NCBI RefSeq assembly: GCF_001194135.2
Contig: NC_068985.1
Coordinates: 67,391,038-67,426,502 of the forward strand
Direction of reading: 5' to 3'
Origin: Octopus bimaculoides
Taxonomy: Eukaryota
Length of the DNA: 35,465 bases
Below the pieces are notes generated by a model. It saw only the letters and a list, made by a program, of their open reading frames with translations, ran no database searches and had not been told where the DNA came from. Shown piece by piece: positions 12,473 to 24,386 of this stretch (position 1 is its first letter; every line of letters begins with the position of its first letter). The translations under genes and the position numbers were made by a program.

Positions 12473-12511
<39 letters not shown>

Positions 12512-12538
12512 CATCATTATTATTATTATTATTATTAT
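12068..12538 (-). mobile_element. R4/Dong-like LINE 3' fragment (copy B), flanked on both sides by (TTA)n
   Basis: ORF 12194-12517: CLLIDVSIPADDNVSLKEMEKLSKYKDL...GALG...QKIALLGTAHILRK (RLE endonuclease C-terminus). (TTA)n at 12068-12096 and 12478-12538. Confidence 0.92.
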
Positions 12539-12689
12539 GTATTTTTTCTTCTTTCTTCAAATTTTCTTCCATTACTCGCCGAGGGTTTTTCGTACATCTA
12601 GGGCAGAGAAGCTCATTGTATGCATTCCCAGTTTACACACGCAAATTCACAGGTAAAATATGTATGTAAAAACATAATAAATAAATAAA

Positions 12690-13900
12690 TTCATGAGTGG
12701 ATGTTGTTGTCACAGCGATGATGCTCTTCTCAGTACGAGTCGTTCAGTTAAACGATTTTCTGCACTTCCTGTAGGGATGGTAGGCCTGGTATCATTTTTA
12801 AATAGGTTTCAGTACCTTTTTGTATCATTCCTAGAGATGTTACAATCACGGTAGTCGCATTGAGATGCCACATTTTTTCAGTTTCTATCTTGTCAAATTC
12901 TTTCGACGCTATATTATGATCGCAAGGAATACCCATGTCAATTAATAAACACTTCTTTGTCTGTTCTTTTATAATAGTATCCGGTTTATTAGCTTTTATA
13001 GTTTTGTCGGTATGTACATGGAAGTCCCAGAGAATCGAGACATTTTGTCCCTCAGTCACAGCTTCAGGATGGTGTTTATACCATTTTTTAGCGGTTTTGA
13101 TTTTATGATGCCGACATATTGACCAGTGTAAATATTGACCGACTCTGTCATATCTTGCTTTATATTCTACAGGTGCTAAGACTCTACACCCTGCGATTAG
13201 GTGGTCTATAGTTTCAATCTCTTCGTTACAGAATCGGCATTTTGGGTCAGCTCCATTTCTTATCCCATTGTCTTGGTAGTGTCGGGTTAATAAGCTTTGG
13301 TCTAGAGCAGCTAATATGAAACCTTCACTCTCTGCTTTTAGTCCTGAGCGTCGAAACAATTGATGCGTGTGTCTTCATCATTGCCCTTACCATTCTTTTC
13401 TGACATTTCCTTCATCATTGAACATTTAATTCCATCACCTGCAAATAACCCTAGGTATTTGAGGCTCTCCTCTGGTTCAAACTCCTTTGTAACATTCTGC
13501 AGGTCAAGTTTAACGTAGGATGTTTCAATCATTTTCCCCTCTGATAAAGATAGCTTTTGTACATTTACCTGTGTCACATTCCATCTTAATGTCATCACTC
13601 ATCTATTTTACATCTGCTAGTAAGTTCTATAATTGTTCGTCATATTTTGCAAAGAGCTTTAAACCGACCATCTAAAAGAAATGATCTATATATTTCTCAA
13701 GAAATGTATAGCCACTTTGTACTTCATCGGGCAGTTCCCAAAGAGGTTTTAAGGCTAGATAACAGAGGAGTGCTAACAGAGAGTCACCCTAGAAAATGCC
13801 ACAGGAAATGCCTACTACCCCAGCATTCACAGATTTATTCTCATAATTGAAAGTCAATGTATTATCACATGATCTCATACTTAGTTATAAATTTTCAAAC
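12690..13900 (-). mobile_element. R4/Dong-like LINE fragment (copy C): RT core, CCHC knuckle and RLE, internally deleted
   Basis: GIF*GDSL...HFF*MVGLKLFAKYDEQL...SDDIKM...KC; EESLKYLG; KAESEGFILAALDQSL...CRFCNEEIETIDHLIAGC...KPD...CLLIDMGIP. Confidence 0.92.
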
Positions 13901-13925
13901 ATTTCTTGTCCAGCTATGTAATATA

Positions 13926-13962
<37 letters not shown>

Positions 13963-13963
13963 G

Positions 13964-14024
<61 letters not shown>
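13926..14024. repeat. (TAC)n microsatellite
   Basis: Direct inspection. Confidence 0.95.
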
Positions 14025-14026
<2 letters not shown>

Positions 14027-14029
14027 TTG

Positions 14030-14730
14030 CTGTTGTATGAAAACTCAGCTTATTTTGATGGGTATAATGGAAAGTATCAGCTATCCACAGCCAGGAGACT
14101 AAGGTTACACTAGTTTACTAGAAATGCATGCAGTACCCTGCAATTGATTTTTGCAGTTATATGCAATACTGATTTTTTGTAGATGTTCTACCTTCACACT
14201 TGCACCGATCATTTACAGCCGTGTTGATAGTTGAGTGCTGATAATTCCAAGTATACCAACTACTATTGGTATCATGTCCACTCTCTTGAGCACAACCTTT
14301 GTGTTTCCCTCTTCAAATAGTCATATTTGTTTAATTTTTCTTCTTTTACATTGATCCTATTGTCACCATGGCATAATACGTCGATTATCATATATGCTCT
14401 TTCATTTTTATTCACCATAACAATTTCCGGTTTCCGACTTCTGGTCGGGTGATCACACTGGAACATTGCATCACACAGTATTTTGCAATTCTCATTTTCG
14501 CTGTCTCCTACTGGAGTTTTATCTTACCGCATCTTTGCTCTTTGTGGGCTGTGAATTCCACAGAGCTCCCAAAGGAACATTCTTGCCACATAGTCATGGC
14601 ATCTTGTGCATTCGCGTTCTGCCAATTTCGAGCATTCGCTAACAATGTGCCATTCCGTTTCGCCACTCTCAACACACATTATGCATTTGTGGCTATCAGT
14701 AGTGTTGTCTAATCTGCATTTCATATAGTT
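14030..14730 (-). mobile_element. R4/Dong-like LINE 3' fragment (copy D), between two (TAC)n tracts
   Basis: KCIMCVESGETEWHIVSECSKLA (CCHC), RKPEIVMVNK...IIDVLCHGD...EEKLNKY (RLE) and LQKS...CMHF remnant. Confidence 0.85.
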
Positions 14731-14809
14731 GGTCCTTTACACTTGTTCCTGACCTGCACATATTCCTGAACAATTATTCCTGACCTGCATTATTATCACT
14801 ATTATTATG

Positions 14810-14877
<68 letters not shown>
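14810..14877. repeat. (TAC)n microsatellite
   Basis: Direct inspection. Confidence 0.95.
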
Positions 14878-15529
14878 AGCATACCATTGAATATTTAAAC
14901 TTTTCTTTTCTGAGGAAGTAAACAATCTTCAATAGTTGAAGACTCTTAGCAGATTAAATGAAAAAACTTGTACTAACCCTTCAAATGTTTGGTTCTGTTG
15001 TAGTTTAGAAATAAGTAGATATTGATATGTGATATGACCGAAATAGCAGAAGTGTGAAGTAAATCGTTTTAAGAAATTTTAATTCATTTATATGGAAGAT
15101 ATTGTTTTAGCACACATTCAATAATTACATTACACTTTAAAACTATTTCCTAGGAAATCCACTGTTACGACTCAAAATTGTAAGAAATTCTCATATATTT
15201 CTAGTGGTAGAGATTTGATGCTGTAGATCGCTTTTGGATGATATATATCTTTCAGGTATAGAAATATGTGAAATAAATTTAGTGTACTCGCATCGCAAAT
15301 AGATTTCATATATTCAAGTTACAAGAATTATGAATGGCATTGATATATCAGTAAATAGATATTGAAATTCAAAAATAGAATACTTTGAAATCTTACAGAT
15401 CTATATCAAAATTTATCGTAAACATAATTAAAAAAAAACATTCGACAATGTTAAGTTACGTATATGGTAATGAATAATTGTATTACTATTCTCTAAGACA
15501 TTTTCCTCTTTCTATTCCGAACTGAATAG

Positions 15530-15598
15530 CCGCATGTCAGGAAGCTACATGTTTTATTATTGTTTGTTGTGGCGGTGTTTACGAAGGCTGTGGGAAAG
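15530..15598 (+). other. Candidate small host exon (acceptor at 15529 or 15540; donor AAG|gtgaat)
   Basis: Pyrimidine tract upstream; one frame reads RKLHVLLLFVVAVFTKAVGK, which is signal-peptide-like. No homology recognised. Confidence 0.25.
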
Positions 15599-16698
15599 GT
15601 GAATTTGGTGACGTAGTGTCAGTGTTCATTCATCGACTGACACTATGTATGTTCAAATTTGTTCTAACGCTAAAAATGTATATTTGTGTGTATATGCGCT
15701 TGTGCGTATGATCAAATACTAGGAAATGAGGGCTACATAAATCAAAATATATACAGAAATTATTTGAGAAATTATGGTATGATTTAAGGGAAGTTGGGAA
15801 GATACTTCTAGCATATAAATCAAGTAGCCAATCTGAAACAGAAATCGAGATTACACTCTGGGAGCAAAATTCTCATACATGCGTGTGTGGCGAACAATTG
15901 ACTTACAGAAAATCTTGTTGAATTTTCTTATAAATTGGTCTTCCTGTGTAATGTATTAAACTTTGTTTGCAGTGTGTAAATGTTCGTTAATTAAGAAAAT
16001 GACATTTAAGTTACTTATTCAATATTTGCACACAACTAAGATATTCAAACTTGTTTTAGTTCTCAGTTGAAGAAGAATGTTATAATTGCATTGAAATTGT
16101 ATAGACACATTCGTGCTAAGAATGTGTTGTTGTAATATATGAGTGATATATAGCTTATTCTATCTTTAAAATGTGTTCTAGTTAATTGTATATTTACGCA
16201 AAATAATAGAAATTACTCTATCGCACAAGAAACTGATTATAAATGTATAATAATTTTACTGGCATAGATATCCTTTCATCCTTGTATTCTTTCATTTCAT
16301 TTGGATTGTCATTTAGTGAGATACGTAATATATCTGACACTGCTGCTTTGGCGTTATATTACAGATACGTAAGCAAGCAACTAATATATGTGTGTATGCA
16401 TCTGTGTGTGTGGGGGGGAGGCTGAGTTTTTGTGTGTGTTTGTGCCTGCATGCATGTGCGTGTGTGAGTGAGTGTGTGTGTATTCAAACAATGTGTATGT
16501 CTGTGAGGAGCAAACGGCGGATTTAAACTAAGTGTCCGTCAATTAATCCTCTGAGTGTACTGGTAAAATTCTGTGATTTATTCCGATAAATTTATTTCGA
16601 TAGGAACCGACAATTTATGAATTAAACTGGTGTTTTTTCGGAAAAAAATATATATGACCATTATATATTGTTTATTGCTTTCCTTCTAGTGAGCAGGC

Positions 16699-16761
<63 letters not shown>

Positions 16762-16766
<5 letters not shown>

Positions 16767-19700
16767 TATGTTACACAAACAAAATAGACACTACACGTGG
16801 AAATGTAAGGGGAAAGTAAGCAGAAAAATAAGCGAAAATGAACATTGGAAATAAAAAAAATAGTTAAGGCTTTTTATGAAATGTAACGATAGGTATATAC
16901 AATTAGATGAACTGCGGTAGGAATAAAGGTTATAAAAGTCATTATTGTGAGTTGTTACAGAGATTTAAAAGCATATCGGTTTCGTAATATTACTAGTCAT
17001 TGCTTTGAGTGTACACCGAATTCTGAACGGTGTCAAGTCTATTAGTCCCTTAGTAAAAAGATTATGTGTAAGGGAGGTAAGTAGTTCTGGATTTAGTGCA
17101 ATTTAGGGTAGATCTGGATTTGTAATGTGAATGGTGTATGGAATGTATGGGGGGGTTAGTGATATTAAATGGAAGATTAGTAGTGTTCTATATTATGTTA
17201 TGTGTTCATATTTAGTTGAGGGAGATATTTATTAATGAAAATTGACTCTTTATTCATTCTTTGTTGTGTTAATATGTTCTGTGAACATTGATAGAAGGGA
17301 AAAATTAGGAAATTAGGATTAAGATTCATCGCACACCTTTCTATGTGTACTCTGACCTGTATCTGTCTGTAATGTGTGTGGCGGATTTGTTCTTTGTGGA
17401 CAGTAGTTCTTCTACGGAGTGATATTCCTCTTTGGCCAATATAGTTATTAATGCACCCTAAGCAAGTAATGGCATAGATTAGATTTTCCGAGGCACAAGT
17501 GAAATTTGATTTAATCTTAAATATTTCACCTTGTTTAAAATGGAACTCCGAACCCTCCAAAAGGTGGTGGCAAGTCCAACAGTTAGGTCGACCACATTTT
17601 TTTTACTTTTGGTTCTGTTGTTAATGGATACAGCCTTGCGCTGGTTAATATTTTTTCAGTGATTTAGGTTGTATTTTACTTTTGGTAATTTTTTGTGAGT
17701 CTTAAATTTTGTTCATTGTTTTATCTCTTGTGAGGATGGGAAGATTTTGGATGATAATGTCAAAGGCTTCGTTGTTTCTAGTGTTATGCGTGGAGATGTA
17801 TGGGAGTATTTTTAAGTCTGGTTTAGTATTTCGGTTGACTTCCCTTAATGTTTGTATGTCTATTTCCTTAGCTCGTTTGATTCCATTATTTATTGGGTAA
17901 TTTCTTTTGAGTAGTATTGATCTGAGTTCAAGGAGCCTTCGTTCACGAGTATAGGAGTTCGAAACTATGCTACAGATTCTTTTCGCTTGATTTTAAGGTA
18001 TATTAATTTTTATGTGTTTGGAGTGGCATGAGTTGAATAATAGGTATTGTTTAGAATCTGTAGGTTTATAGAAGATGTCTGTTTCTATGTGGTTATTAAC
18101 AATTTTAATTAGGATGTCAAAGAAAAGGGAGTTGTTTATTGTTGTGTTCCATAGTGAATTGTATGCTGCTATTAATATTGTTAAGCATTATTTTGAAATC
18201 AAGGAGTTTGTCCAAAGTATAAAGCAATCGTCCAAATACCTCTTTCAGTTCTTCTTTGAATAGCAATGAAAAAAGTTGCCATATTTTTGTAATGATGTTT
18301 GATATATTTTAAGTTCTAGGTAACCCATTACAAGGTTCGCAATCACTTGAGCAGCTCCGGTTTCCAATGCAATTCCACATTTTTGTCGATAGTAAGCTGT
18401 ATCGAAGATGAAATAATTGTTCAATAGGATGAATTTGAGTGCTGCGATTATGAATTTGTGGTCGATGCACCCTGAGCTCTTTTGTGGGTATTTTTCTAGC
18501 CAGAAGGTGATCACTTCTATACCATAATCGTGTGGGATATTGTTGTACAAATTCACCCCATCGAATGATACTAACACGGTTCCTTCACTTATTGTCTTCG
18601 GGAGGTGGTTTAGCATGTCTAAGTCATCTCTGATGAAGCTTTTCATATATTTTAGAAACGGTTTGAGTAAGATGTCGAGGAAGTTGCTCAAACGGTGGGT
18701 TTCACAAGCAGGGCCAGCGATGATGGGTCTCAGTTTGCGGTCAGTAGGGGGTGGAACATTAATGCATAGGCCTGGAAAAACTTTGCAAACTTTATAAATA
18801 TGTGGATTTTTGTGTATTTTAGGTAATCCGTAGAATAGACTAGGTCTGTATTTAAAATTGGATAAATAGTCAATTTCATGTTTAGTTAAACCCTTTCCAT
18901 GTATTTGAAGTACAGAAGATAAGTCTTTAAGAGTCTTCTGTGGATTGTATTGTACTATCATCTCATAGTACATGGAGAGTATTAACATTTTGTAGTACTC
19001 TGTGTCCATCACCACTACCGCACTTCCTTTGTCGGCTTATTTAACAGCGAGGTTTAAATCATTTCTTAACTCAATTAGGTCTTTCCATTCATTTACATTA
19101 AGGTTGGATTTAATGCGTTTCTTTTGTAGGGTATTAAAAGGAAAACTGGTAATGTGTTCACAAAAATCATAAAGTGCTTTATTTCTGCCCTTTGTAGGAC
19201 AGTATTCACTATTGTTTTTTTACTATTGACTCATCTTCGCTGGTGTAGTTGTGAAGTGCTTCTGTTAGGCGTAATTTTCGGCAGAAATCCATAGTTTTAT
19301 CCTTAATTTCATTTGGGTTCAATCTGCGAGGGGTTGGAGTAAACTTTAAACTTCTTGCTAGAATACTAGTTAGTATAGCACTTAGGATTTTCTTTGATAA
19401 GTTAATTAATTTCGGTTGTTCTTGTACATTTAGTTCCATTTCGCATCTCTGTTTCTCTGATTTTAGTCTAAAAAATGGTTGTAGTAGGTGGATTGTTGTG
19501 GAAATCTGTATTGTGTTTGGTTTGCTGAGGAGAAAATGGGTGTAAAGTGTGTCCGTGGTAGTATGTTGGTGGTGGAGTGGCTGTGGAAAGGGCTAGATTA
19601 TGGTTGTAGTGAGAGTTGTTATATTATTTATGGTTGATGTGGTTTGGATTAAATTTATTTTTAATATTGTAATGTGGGTGGAGGGAGAAGTTATGTTGTC

Positions 19701-20195
19701 TAGTTAGGTTGTGTCTTGTTGAATTATTAAAGTAACCATGTTTGGTAGGAATTGGTTCCCAAAAGTTTAGGTTAGTCTGGAGGTTTCGATGAAACCTTTG
19801 ATTTGTATATAGGATGCTATGAGGATTACGTCCAGATTTTCTATTGTGGGCTGAATTCCTGGTTGTTGTTTGTAAGTTATTTTTGGATGTAAGAGAGGTT
19901 AGGTCGGTGGAGTTGTGTCCCCTTGACTGTCTGTGGTTTGTGTTATATAAGCGTGGGTTCATTTCTGTGTATGTTTTTGGTTTATTTTTCTTCAAGAAGG
20001 GGTTCTCCGATGCGTATTCTATGTTGCATTGTGTTTCGTAGTTAATTAAGAAATTGACTTGTTTTTCCCAGCGTTGTAGAGAACTTGTTTCTTCAGCTTC
20101 GCAAGCTGTTTTCCACAGTTTAAAGACACTTTCCAAGCGTTGACCATCTGCAAGTTTCTTTAATTCGTTGTAGATTTCCTCATGTATGTTTTAAA
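16762..20195 (-). mobile_element. Penelope-like element, Neptune-type (RT plus C-terminal GIY-YIG), near full length, disrupted
   Basis: INLSKK...SLKFTPTP; FYGLPKIHK...LRPIIAG...LVSFD...LYNNIPH...YYRQKCGIA; *KRYLDDCF (~18227-18238); FTCASENLIYAITCLGC..YIGQ...VH...H (GIY-YIG with Cys/His motif). T-rich pseudo-LTR tail runs down to (TA)n. Confidence 0.93.
16968..17006 (-). ncRNA. Degenerate minimal type I hammerhead in the Neptune pseudo-LTR
   Basis: aaagca ATGACTA gta-atat-tac GAAA ccga TA tgcttt: perfect 6-bp stem I, but the core differs from CTGANGA at two positions. Confidence 0.6.
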
Positions 20196-20243
20196 ATTTT
20201 ATATATATACATTATATACATAATACATACATACATACATGCG

Positions 20244-20984
20244 TACATAGGATGGGCAAAATGTAGCTAGGCATTAAAAATTATATATAAGTCATGACAA
20301 AAACATTTTTTCGACAACACTAATGGGATTTTTTAAAATTATTTATTTTCTTATATCTTATTTTCCTGATCACCGGTTGTTTGACTGCTTAGGAAGGAGC
20401 TAACATAGCACCACGCTATCAAGTATGGAATTACATTGATTTTGTTCAGAGATGGTGGGGTGCACGTACAGGTAAGCATGCAACACTATGGACAGGTAAA
20501 CATGCAACACTACGTCTGCAGTCCGCAAAAGTTTTCCCGTCAAGCGGCTGGTGAAAGTAGACTAACAAGACACACAACACATACGGTGTTGCATAAAGAA
20601 TAGAATTTTCGATCGTGGAAACCCTATTAGGTGCAGGAGCTAAAACCTTATGTGACGACGCGGACCTCCGAGATGTCCAGATCTCACTCCATGTGATTTG
20701 TAACTTAGGGTTTACACAAAAGAGGAGGTGTACAAGACAAGACCTCACACACTAAAGGGTTAGAAGGCGGGGATTCAAGAGGCTGTTAATGATATCCCAG
20801 ACCACGTCCTTCAGTAGGTTTTTCATTCATTCCCTGATCACTTGAGGAATTTGGTTGAGGCCACCGGTGCTCACGTTCAAATATGAAAATTTACATCTGT
20901 AATAAAGAACATGTACCATTTACTTAAATAAATTTGTGGAACGAATTCTGTTACCAATATTAATGCCTACTTTTCATCCACCCC

Positions 20985-20987
<3 letters not shown>
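20244..20987 (+). mobile_element. Internally deleted Tc1/mariner element (maT/rosa-like)
   Basis: ANIAPRYQVWNYIDFVQRWW (N-terminus); PPRCPDLTPCDL*LRVYTKEEVYKTRPHTL...GAHVQI (C-terminus). Imperfect TIRs taggatgggcaaaatgtagctaggcattaa / ttaatgcctacttttcatccaccccgta; sits between TA-rich microsatellites. Confidence 0.85.
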
Positions 20988-21045
<58 letters not shown>

Positions 21046-21120
21046 CACATATCTAAGGATTTCGTAATGACATAAAAAAAAACAAGGCTGTGTATAATAT
21101 AGAACATTTATAAATAGAAG

Positions 21121-21168
21121 TTCTTACAGCTGTTTCCAGGATATTTATTATATCCCTTCATCGGAGAC
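21121..21168 (-). ncRNA. Type I hammerhead motif (core CCGATGA variant)
   Basis: gtct CCGATGA ag ggata-taataaa-tatcc tg GAAA cagctg TA agaa. Confidence 0.75.
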
Positions 21169-22637
21169 AGTATAAGAGAATGGTTAAGCAATAGTTAGTT
21201 TACATAAGATAGGAAATGTAGGGATATTGTATTTGTAAATCCATTGTTTAGGCAAAATGGTATGCATATAAGATTCCAATACCTTATGAGTAAAATCCAA
21301 TAGTCATTAATATTGTTCTTTGCATTTGTAAAACCAATATTAAGATTCCAATTCCCTATGAGAAAAATCCAACAGTCTTTGAAATTGGTCATTCCAAATA
21401 CAGGGTTTATACACAGTGATACTGAATTAAAGGTTCTGTTTAAAGTGACCTAAAACAGGAAGTGAGGAATAAAGGAAGAGAAAAAAAAGGAAGAAGAAAA
21501 TAATAAAAGGAAGAAAGAAAAGAAAGGAAAAAAGGAATACAAAAATAGAGATGAGGGAAACTACAAGAATGGTCAGTGAATATAACAAGAAGGTAGGAAC
21601 GGGAGGATAACGGTGAAAGAGAAAAAAGATATTAGAGTGTAGAAAGATAGAGGGAATGGTGGGGTTATACAGAGATTAATGATAGAATGATATTTATGTT
21701 GTCAAGGGAAGTTAGAGCCTAGTATTTTAAAGAAGGATTCAGCTAAGTTCTTTACATTAAGTGAGAAAGGAGGTGTGTACCACGGAATAGAGCGTCCACC
21801 ACTTTATTTAGGGGGTTTAGGAGTCGTGTTACCTAAGTTTTTAGGTAAAGGAATGCTATCTATATTTTTGGGGAAGGTATGCAGGTGGCAAGGCCTGCTA
21901 TTGTTAGCAGTTTAGTTGTTTTCTCTTTTGACCTAGTGTTAAATGAATGTGTGTGGAGTCTAGGTTGTCTAGGTGGAAGATCTTCAAGGGTTTCATCCAC
22001 GATTGTGTGTTGTTGATTGCGATTGTTATGGTTGGTGCGTGTTTGGATGTGCATTGTTTGAGCCTGGTGTTATGTATGTATTCTATTTGTTGGAAAAATC
22101 CGCTAGCGGCGTGTGCTTGATTATAGTATGGTGCGTGATTATAGAAAATTTCTTCAGTGGAAGAGAGGTCGGTTATGCTTGTTGAAATGCTCTTGTTTAT
22201 GTTATTGAAGGTGGATTTGTGGTGGTTGGAATGGATGTCAAGGTGTTTAAGGTATTACTTAGGTTTGTGGTAAGGGGAGTATTGGGAGGTTGATAAGTTT
22301 AAAGTTGCGTCAAGGAAGTTAGCAGTTTTGGGAGTGTTTTCGAATGTGATAGATAGGTTTAGGTTAGAGAAAAATTTATGTAGATCTTTTCTAGTTCTTT
22401 CTAAGGAGGATTTAATTATGCTTTTAGTAACTAACAAAGCGTCGTCCCTGTATAGGCCTCGCTTGATGTTAGGAAAGTGTATATGTAGCTGGTGTAGTAT
22501 ATATAGTCCAACCAAGTCAGTGACCTGACCTGAATCAGATGAGCCTATGTTTCTGTCGAATACAATATCCCAACATTCACTCTTTATTTCCTATCTTATG
22601 TAAACTAACTATTCTCTCTTAACTATTCTCCCACACC

Positions 22638-22685
22638 GTCTCCGATGAAGGGATATAATAAATATCCTGGAAACAGCTGTAAGAC
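22638..22685 (+). ncRNA. Type I hammerhead motif (core CCGATGA variant)
   Basis: gtct CCGATGA ag ggata-taataaa-tatcc tg GAAA cagctg TA agac; stem I gtct/agac perfect, palindromic stem III. Confidence 0.8.
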
Positions 22686-22904
22686 CTTCTATTTATAAAT
22701 GTTCTATATTATACACAGCCTTGATTTTTATCTCATTACGAAATCCTTATATTCACACGCTGATATATGATCTACGTTCGACCCCTTATTCACATAATCA
22801 CCGAACCTGGAGCTTGACTATGGTCTATCCACAGCACTTAGCATTACCTGAAATCTCTGGGTCTAATGGATACCACTTTCACTCATGACCTATATACATA
22901 CATA

Positions 22905-22937
22905 CATACATACATACATACATACGTATATATATAT

Positions 22938-23010
<73 letters not shown>
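22905..23010. repeat. (TACA)n/(TA)n/(GATA)n compound microsatellite
   Basis: Direct inspection. Confidence 0.95.
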
Positions 23011-23011
<1 letters not shown>

Positions 23012-23760
23012 GAGCAAATATAGTGACAAGCAAATTAGGCAAGTCGACTTATACAGAATATAGGATACATTTAATAGAGAAAATGTACATGTATATCCAC
23101 ATAAAATAGTCCGACCTACAGCATATAAATGATATCAGGTGTTATATGGGTAGAGATTTACGAGTCCAGGAACTATTGCTGGAGGTTTGGTGGTCCGGAA
23201 TAATGATAGTTATTTGGAGCCATTGTCTGGTAACACTGCCTTCGTCTGCAGGGAAGTACTTTACATTAGAGAAATTTACATTTGTGGTGTTAACAGGATG
23301 GAATTTAACAAGGGAACTGGTGGTGTTTAATTCTGGGAGAATAAAACAGATATCAGATTTAGTGTGTATATGGAGACTAGTGATATTAGTATAAGTGGAA
23401 GGTAGAAGGAAGGGGTAAGGGTGGTTTGCGCAGTGTGTGAATGATTTCTGATAGTTTCTATGAAGGCTATAGAGTTAAAGGTCGAGATAGGGAAAAGAGC
23501 TTGTTATTAGAGGAAATGAGTTAACTGGATTAGTAGCAAAGATGGGAGGTTATGAGGTAGTCAAAAGTAGTTGTTAAAGGGACAAAGGAATTGGGTTGTT
23601 ATTGTGGTAAAGGGAGGAGTATGAAATTGAATAGTGTGGTGTAGGTATGGAAGAGCTAGAGGTAGAGCGGTGAAAAGGACGGGGTGTTGTTAAATACTAA
23701 TTGAGGTTGGGGAGGATGGGGAGGCTTTGAAGATTTGGAAGAAATTTGAGATGTGTGTAT
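23011..23760 (-). mobile_element. Probable decayed retroelement (PLE-like) fragment
   Basis: Strand-biased composition like neighbouring PLEs and long near-open minus frame, but no diagnostic motif recognised. Confidence 0.35.
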
Positions 23761-24032
23761 TGGAACAAACAAAATTATTTAGTAGGTTGTAAGGCAGACT
23801 TTGATTTAGATTCAAGCTTTTTGCCTTCTCTCCACATCTCGCTGTTTCTTTTATTATATCACTATTCATTTCTCCTTGTCATAGAAATCCGCCTCATTTG
23901 CCTTGTCTTTCATTTCTCCTCAAATTTTGTTCCTGAAACCTACGCCACTTATATGGTCCTTCCTCTCCCTTGCGATTGATCTAATTCTTCCTCCTCTCTT
24001 CTTTCACATTTAACAGCTCTTGCACTACTATA

Positions 24033-24226
24033 NNNNNNNNNNNNNNNNNNNNNNNNNNNNNNNNNNNNNNNNNNNNNNNNNNNNNNNNNNNNNNNNNNNN
24101 NNNNNNNNNNNNNNNNNNNNNNNNNNNNNNNNNNNNNNNNNNNNNNNNNNNNNNNNNNNNNNNNNNNNNNNNNNNNNNNNNNNNNNNNNNNNNNNNNNNN
24201 NNNNNNNNNNNNNNNNNNNNNNNNNN
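24033..24226. other. Assembly gap (N), probably a false gap
   Basis: 53 identical bases on each side (23980-24032 = 24227-24279). Confidence 0.9.
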
Positions 24227-24298
24227 TCTAATTCTTCCTCCTCTCTTCTTTCACATTTAACAGCTCTTGCACTACTATATAAACTGCTTTTGCCAACA

Positions 24299-24386
24299 TT
24301 CTCCTGAGGAAAGAAGCTGGCGTTACGGTAATGTAGCTTTCACATTCCCTCTGCAAATTAACTCCGGGCTTCGTGAAACAGCTGTA
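24299..24386 (+). ncRNA. Type I hammerhead motif with large loop II, lacking its 3' stem I strand
   Basis: ttctc CTGAGGA aagaagc-(50 nt)-gcttcgt GAAA cagctg TA taatt. Confidence 0.65.

Larger units (their letters stand above)
21053..22750 (-). mobile_element. 5'-truncated Penelope/Poseidon-type PLE with an inverted pseudo-LTR copy at its 5' end
   Basis: IVFDRNIGSSDSGQVTDLVGLYIL...GLYRDDALL...NFLDATLNL...PYHKP; IPWYTPPFSLNV. About 190-bp inverted repeat at 21053-21233 / 22559-22750. Confidence 0.9.
23760..24386 (+). mobile_element. PLE pseudo-LTR-like segment ending in a hammerhead
   Basis: CT-rich body followed by an HHR core at 24304-24386; spans the small gap. Start coordinate approximate. 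Confidence 0.6.

Noticed and set aside
23980-24279. 53-bp direct repeat across the gap
   Set aside because: Identical sequence abutting both gap edges indicates an unmerged contig overlap, not a biological repeat.
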